A stretch of 32,000 nt of DNA from Synechococcus sp. A15-24. Lineage in GTDB: Bacteria > Cyanobacteriota > Cyanobacteriia > PCC-6307 > Cyanobiaceae. The notes under the pieces are model-generated. The model was not told the DNA's origin. It searched no databases and saw nothing but the letters and a program-made list of their open reading frames with translations. The position numbers and the translations under genes are program-made. How positions within the stretch are numbered: position 1 is the stretch's first letter; each line of letters begins with the position of its first letter. Where the stretch lies: the NCBI RefSeq assembly GCF_014280195.1, contig NZ_CP047960.1:1890001-1922000 (forward strand), given 5' to 3'. Shown here in pieces: positions 27,718-32,000 of the stretch.

Positions 27718-28581
27718 TTGCGGGATCAGTGCATTCAACGGAAGCCGTCATGGCTTCCTGCCCTGCTTCTGATCCCAACGCTGTATGCCGTCGGCTGGCT
27801 TCTGACATGGCCGCTGATTCCCCTTGGGGTGCCTGCGGAACGCCAGGCCCTGATCGGCACCATGATCAGCTTTCTGCTGTTCGTTGGCCTGCTTCCCTGC
27901 TGGGCGCGGCTGCGATGGACATCGTCCAACGGCTGGGCAGCCCTTGGACTGAGCAGACGTGGATGCCCGGGTCGAAAGGCCCTAATTGCGGCACTGTTCG
28001 GCGGCTTGTCCTTAGCCCTGATCCTGCTGGGCATCGTCTTGCTGCCGGTCCTTCTGGGCAGCTGGGGCCACTGGATTGGAGAGTGCACCCTGGACCGCGT
28101 CATCAATGCTCTGCTGCTGACCCTGGGTGTGGGGTTGGCGGAAGAACTGATCTTCCGGGCATGGCTGTGGCGGGAACTCAACGAGCTGATCAATCCCCCG
28201 ACAGCCCTGCTGATCCAGGCGCTGGTGTTCAGCTTGGTGCACACCCGGTTCAACCTTGGCGTGGGGCCGATGCTGGGACTGTTGATCGGCTTGTTTTTGC
28301 TGGGGATGGCTCTGGCCCTGCAACGCCGGCTGGATGGCGGATCCCTTTGGGGATGCGTTGGCCTCCATGGAGGCTTGGTTGGTGGCTGGTTTCTGATTCA
28401 GAGCGGACTGGTGCAGCTGTCACCGGACGCCCCAGCCTGGCTGGTGGGCCCGGGTGGTCTGTCCCCGAACCCCCTTGGAGGACTGATGGGCATCGGCGGT
28501 CTATTGCTGCTGCTTGTTGTTCAACTCACCGCTGTCGCCAGAGCAGCACGGCCGGAGACGGGGGCACGCAACGCCTCCTGA
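27718..28581 (+). CDS. CPBP-family (CAAX/Abi) intramembrane metalloprotease
   Basis: Polytopic membrane protein with GLAEELIFRAWLWREL (EExxxR), FSLVHTR (FxxxH) and GLHGGLVGGW motifs. Start is uncertain: TTG 27718, just after the clpS stop, or TTG 27646, overlapping clpS. Confidence 0.8.
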   Translation: MRDQCIQRKPSWLPALLLIPTLYAVGWLLTWPLIPLGVPAERQALIGTMISFLLFVGLLPCWARLRWTSSNGWAALGLSRRGCPGRKALIAALFGGLSLALILLGIVLLPVLLGSWGHWIGECTLDRVINALLLTLGVGLAEELIFRAWLWRELNELINPPTALLIQALVFSLVHTRFNLGVGPMLGLLIGLFLLGMALALQRRLDGGSLWGCVGLHGGLVGGWFLIQSGLVQLSPDAPAWLVGPGGLSPNPLGGLMGIGGLLLLLVVQLTAVARAARPETGARNAS

Positions 28582-30098
28582 AGCGGTGCTGAGCCGAAAT
28601 CACGCTCGAGCAGGGACATGACCGTACGGCCGAAATCTGCCTGATTTTGGTCAAAGGCCTCGAGGCAGACCCGTCCAAAGGTGCTGCCCATCGGTTCCGG
28701 ATTCCAGAGCAGCTTTCGAGCCGTCCACGGCATCATGCTCATGGGGTTGTATCCGGGCTTGATCAAGCCTTGATCGAAGCCGTATTGCTCCAGGTGGGTG
28801 TGGGGCTGCAAGCCGATGAAGAAGATTGCCGGCTCCACGCGATCCGGTCCAAAAATTGATTCCAGCTCACGGTGGTATGCCACGGTCTGGCGGATGGTTT
28901 CGGGCCGTTCATCGATCACGTTGAACGAGTAGTTCACCGACACTTGATCCTGGAAGCCGGCATCCGCGAGCATCCGGCAACTGTCCAGCACGGTGCGGAG
29001 GTTGTAACCCATGCGCATTTTGCGGACGAGTTCCTGGGAGCCGGACGTGATGCCGATTTCGAAATAACTCATGCCCGTCTCCACCATCAGCTGGGCAAGC
29101 TCGGGATCAAGGTTGTCGGCGCGGATGTAGGCAGCCCAACGGATCCCCGACAGCCCCTCGGCTTTGATGGCTCTCAATAGGTCCTTGGCATCCTCGATGT
29201 AGCGACGTGCCGGGATGAACTGCGCATCGGTGAACCAGAAGCCACGGACGCCACGGTCGTAGAGCTGGCGCATCTCCTTCACCACCTCCTCCACCGGGTT
29301 GAGGCGCACCTGCTTCCCCTCCACCACGGTGTAAACGCAGTAACAACAGTTGTGAGGGCAGCCGCGTTTGGTCTGAACACCCACGTAGAAGTCGCCGCCC
29401 TCGAGGTACCAATCGAGCTGAGGCCAGATCGAAGCGATGTAGTCGTAATTGCAGGCGGTTTTGGGGCGACTTTCCGGCTGCTCGTGAATCAGGCCTGAGC
29501 GGGGCGGCTCACCCACAACGAAACAACGCTCTCCGTCCAGGGACTCACCCTGAATCAACTTTTCGAGCAGAGGCTCCCCCTCGCCGATGGAGACGATCGT
29601 GCCCTCCGGCAGCGACTTGCTCAACTGCTCGTAGAACACGCTGACGGCGCCACCCCCCAGCACGGCGCGAGCGGCTGGATGGTGGCGACGGGCCTGACGA
29701 AGACCGGATCGCACCAAACCTTGATTACGGAACAACTCTCCGTAATGGCTTGTCATCAGCCGCAGTCCACCAAGGGCACCGTGCAGGCGCTTGAGCGGAT
29801 TGCGGGCGTAAAAAACTTCGAAGGAGTTCTGAAGGGGGTTACCGCCACGGCCGTCGACCGGTGCGTAGATCTGAATGTCCCTCCATGAGAACACCAATAG
29901 CGTGGGGCGGAACTGATCCACGGTGGAGATCAGCACCCTCTGGACGTCAAGAACTGGCAGTGCCGCCAGATCAAGGATGCGCTGCGGCATCCCGGGAAAA
30001 CATTTATGGAGATGATCCGCCAGGTAGATCGGACCGATCGGGAAAATTGGATTGCAGGGCAGCCGCACCAGCAGCACCCGTTCCTGATTTGGGGACAA
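28521..30098 (-). CDS. B12-binding-domain radical SAM protein (I believe the Slr0320 / photosystem II high-light acclimation radical SAM family)
   Basis: N-terminus VLLVRLPCNPIFPIGPIYLADHL. Radical SAM motif TKRGCPHNCCYCVYT. 525 aa, TTG start at 30098. The family name is from memory of RefSeq naming and needs a search to confirm. Confidence 0.8.
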   Translation of the reverse strand: MSPNQERVLLVRLPCNPIFPIGPIYLADHLHKCFPGMPQRILDLAALPVLDVQRVLISTVDQFRPTLLVFSWRDIQIYAPVDGRGGNPLQNSFEVFYARNPLKRLHGALGGLRLMTSHYGELFRNQGLVRSGLRQARRHHPAARAVLGGGAVSVFYEQLSKSLPEGTIVSIGEGEPLLEKLIQGESLDGERCFVVGEPPRSGLIHEQPESRPKTACNYDYIASIWPQLDWYLEGGDFYVGVQTKRGCPHNCCYCVYTVVEGKQVRLNPVEEVVKEMRQLYDRGVRGFWFTDAQFIPARRYIEDAKDLLRAIKAEGLSGIRWAAYIRADNLDPELAQLMVETGMSYFEIGITSGSQELVRKMRMGYNLRTVLDSCRMLADAGFQDQVSVNYSFNVIDERPETIRQTVAYHRELESIFGPDRVEPAIFFIGLQPHTHLEQYGFDQGLIKPGYNPMSMMPWTARKLLWNPEPMGSTFGRVCLEAFDQNQADFGRTVMSLLERDFGSAPLQEALRAPVSGRAALATAVS

Positions 30099-30221
30099 CG
30101 CAGCTGCTGCAGGGCCTTTTGGACGCTAACAAGCGCGATGACGAACGGCGCTCAACCATCCTTCACATTTGCTTTGTAAACGGGCGTACACACCTCTCAA
30201 CCTTCCGTTACATTGGTGTGA

Positions 30222-30264
30222 GGCAGGGCACACCTGCCCTTCCTTAAACCGTTCCTTCGGGAAC
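30222..30264 (+). promoter_or_regulatory. Two small hairpins in the presumed psbA 5' UTR
   Basis: GGCAGG-GCACA-CCTGCC at 30222-30238, and GTTCC-TTCG-GGAAC at 30251-30264 (a UUCG tetraloop), 17 nt before the ATG. A candidate -10 box, TACATT, lies at 30209-30214 with no good -35. Confidence 0.3.
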
Positions 30265-30280
30265 ACTTCTTTCCGTTCTC

Positions 30281-31360
30281 ATGACCACCACCCTCCAGCA
30301 GCGCTCCGGCGCTTCCAGCTGGCAGGCTTTCTGCGAGTGGGTCACCTCCACCAACAACCGTCTGTATGTCGGTTGGTTCGGTGTGCTGATGATCCCCACC
30401 CTGCTGGCTGCCACCATCTGCTTCGTCATCGCTTTCGTCGCCGCTCCTCCGGTTGACATCGATGGCATCCGCGAGCCCGTCGCTGGCTCCCTTATTTACG
30501 GCAACAACATCATCTCCGGTGCTGTTGTTCCTTCCAGCAACGCCATTGGCCTGCACTTCTATCCCATTTGGGAAGCTGCTTCTCTTGATGAGTGGCTGTA
30601 CAACGGCGGTCCTTTCCAGCTCGTCGTCTTCCACTTCCTGATCGGCATCTACGCCTACATGGGTCGTGAGTGGGAACTCTCCTACCGCCTGGGCATGCGC
30701 CCCTGGATCTGCGTCGCCTACAGCGCACCTGTCGCTGCTGCCTCTGCAGTTTTCCTGGTCTACCCCTTCGGTCAGGGCTCCTTCTCTGACGCCATGCCCC
30801 TGGGCATCTCCGGCACGTTCAACTACATGCTGGTGTTCCAGGCTGAGCACAACATCCTGATGCACCCCTTCCACATGCTGGGTGTTGCAGGTGTGTTCGG
30901 TGGCTCCCTGTTCTCCGCCATGCATGGCTCCCTGGTGACCTCCTCCCTGGTGCGTGAAACCACCGAGACCGAGTCCCAGAACTACGGCTACAAGTTCGGC
31001 CAAGAGGAAGAGACCTACAACATCGTGGCTGCCCACGGTTACTTCGGTCGCCTGATCTTCCAATACGCCTCCTTCAACAACAGCCGTAGCCTCCACTTCT
31101 TCCTGGCTGCCTGGCCTGTTGTCGGCATCTGGTTCACCGCCCTGGGCGTGTCAACCATGGCCTTCAACCTGAACGGCTTCAACTTCAACCAGTCCATCCT
31201 TGATGGTCAGGGCCGCGTCCTGAACACCTGGGCCGACGTGTTGAACCGTGCCGGCCTCGGCATGGAAGTGATGCACGAGCGTAACGCTCACAACTTCCCC
31301 CTCGACCTGGCTGCTGCTGAGTCCACTCCTGTGGCTCTGCAGGCACCTGCCATCGGTTGA
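30281..31360 (+). CDS. psbA: Photosystem II D1 protein, D1:2 (Glu130) isoform
   Basis: 359 aa: [39 protein letters not shown]...[17 protein letters not shown]...[28 protein letters not shown]. The REWELS context places Glu at position 130. Confidence 0.98.
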   Translation: MTTTLQQRSGASSWQAFCEWVTSTNNRLYVGWFGVLMIPTLLAATICFVIAFVAAPPVDIDGIREPVAGSLIYGNNIISGAVVPSSNAIGLHFYPIWEAASLDEWLYNGGPFQLVVFHFLIGIYAYMGREWELSYRLGMRPWICVAYSAPVAAASAVFLVYPFGQGSFSDAMPLGISGTFNYMLVFQAEHNILMHPFHMLGVAGVFGGSLFSAMHGSLVTSSLVRETTETESQNYGYKFGQEEETYNIVAAHGYFGRLIFQYASFNNSRSLHFFLAAWPVVGIWFTALGVSTMAFNLNGFNFNQSILDGQGRVLNTWADVLNRAGLGMEVMHERNAHNFPLDLAAAESTPVALQAPAIG

Positions 31361-31397
31361 TCTGGAATCAAGTAACGATTCAGATCAACTGAATCGG

Positions 31398-31430
31398 AAA
31401 GCCCTCACCGCAAGGTGGGGGCTTTTTGTT
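31398..31430 (+). terminator. Rho-independent terminator of psbA
   Basis: AAAGCCCTCACC-GCAA-GGTGGGGGCTTTTTG: a 9-bp GC-rich stem (one G-U pair), a GNRA loop and a T5 tract, 38 nt after the psbA stop. Confidence 0.85.
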
Positions 31431-31472
31431 GTGAAAACGCCTCCAACAAGCAGTTCCAGCCACAATGCCGCT

Positions 31473-31853
31473 ATGAGCCACTTCATCTCCACTCGGCTGC
31501 TGCTGTTGCTGGCACTGTCTCTGCCAGCTCAAGCTGCCGGCACGCCACCAACCTGGCCAAGCAAGGATCAATTGCGTGCCGTTCAGAGCGCCGCTTTTGA
31601 CTGTTCCAGGGAGAACACCAAGGAAACCTGCGATCGCGCACGGTCTCTGGCTGACCCCCTAATGGATCACCCTTTGCTGCCTGGAGTCTGCAAAGACGTG
31701 GTCTGGAGCCTGTTGGAGCAGGCCAGAGTGGCGACGAGTAACGACTACAAACGTCGCGACGCCATCGACGAACCTGCACGGAGGATCACGCGGATCTGTG
31801 CCAAACCGGCCAAACTGAAGAAAATCAAACCGGTTGCACCGACACAGTCGTGA
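31473..31853 (+). CDS. Hypothetical secreted protein (signal peptide, 4 Cys)
   Basis: MSHFISTRLLLLLALSLPAQA/AGTPP..., followed by a small polar domain with four cysteines and a basic tail. The ORF-track start at 31431 lies inside the psbA terminator T-tract and is rejected. Confidence 0.55.
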   Translation: MSHFISTRLLLLLALSLPAQAAGTPPTWPSKDQLRAVQSAAFDCSRENTKETCDRARSLADPLMDHPLLPGVCKDVVWSLLEQARVATSNDYKRRDAIDEPARRITRICAKPAKLKKIKPVAPTQS

Positions 31854-32000
31854 TCAGTCGAAGTCGAAGCTGAAGCGCTGACCCTGCATTAGCTTACCCA
31901 CTTCACTGCGGATCTCCTCTAGCAATACTGCACTCACCTCTGGGTGCTTTTTGATCTCATCCACAAAGCTCTGCACATCTGCAGCCGTCAGGCCGTGGCT
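31854..32000 (-). CDS. 3' end of an unidentified gene (5' end beyond the window)
   Basis: The reverse strand reads ...SHGLTAADVQSFVDEIKKHPEVSAVLLEEIRSEVGKLMQGQRFSFDFD, with its stop at 31854-31856. The frame is open to the window edge. No family recognised. Confidence 0.4.
   Translation of the reverse strand, partial: SHGLTAADVQSFVDEIKKHPEVSAVLLEEIRSEVGKLMQGQRFSFDFD

Noticed and set aside
27729-28592. 287-aa plus-strand ORF in an alternative frame of the CPBP protease gene
   Set aside because: The P/R/G/A-rich translation has no TM segments. The other frame gives a polytopic membrane protein with EExxxR and FxxxH motifs.
30197-31096. 299-aa minus-strand ORF
   Set aside because: It is antisense to psbA, with G/V/D/H-rich composition and no motif.
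1-32000. CRISPR arrays, IS elements, toxin-antitoxin or known defence-system genes
   Set aside because: I recognised no spaced direct repeats, transposase or integrase motifs, or defence-type domains anywhere in the window. The gene content is core metabolism, translation and photosynthesis.

Overview
High-GC picocyanobacterial chromosome segment, most likely a marine (alpha-cyanobacterial) Synechococcus. The call rests on psbA, ferredoxin-GOGAT, an SLH/OprB porin and the cyanobacterial str operon order rpsL-rpsG-fusA-tuf-rpsJ. The window is almost fully coding with core genes: the 3' end of a cbiG/cobJ fusion, a cobalamin riboswitch controlling hupE, a porin 8 nt downstream of hupE, lipA, yciI-like, glsF, a phosphodiester-glycosidase-family protein, an IscA/HesB-type protein, the str operon, a Lon-N-domain protein, an MPBQ/MSBQ-type methyltransferase, pheA, DUF1997, rnhB, rne, a fused B12-binding radical SAM/DUF2344 protein, dapL, clpS, a CPBP protease, a second B12-binding radical SAM protein, and a D1:2-type psbA. 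The only accessory-looking stretch is a low-GC islet (about 3.4-4.7 kb) next to tRNA-Pro(CGG). It holds an apparently frameshifted small gene, an orphan 202-aa ORF and tiny hydrophobic ORFs. I saw no transposase, integrase, CRISPR array or recognisable defence system. The observations most worth follow-up are (i) the uncharacterised radical SAM + DUF2344 fusion co-oriented directly upstream of rne-rnhB, (ii) the B12-riboswitch/hupE/porin arrangement, and (iii) a radical SAM gene paired divergently with a high-light-type psbA. Most of the long extra ORFs in the track are antisense or out-of-frame artefacts of high GC content.
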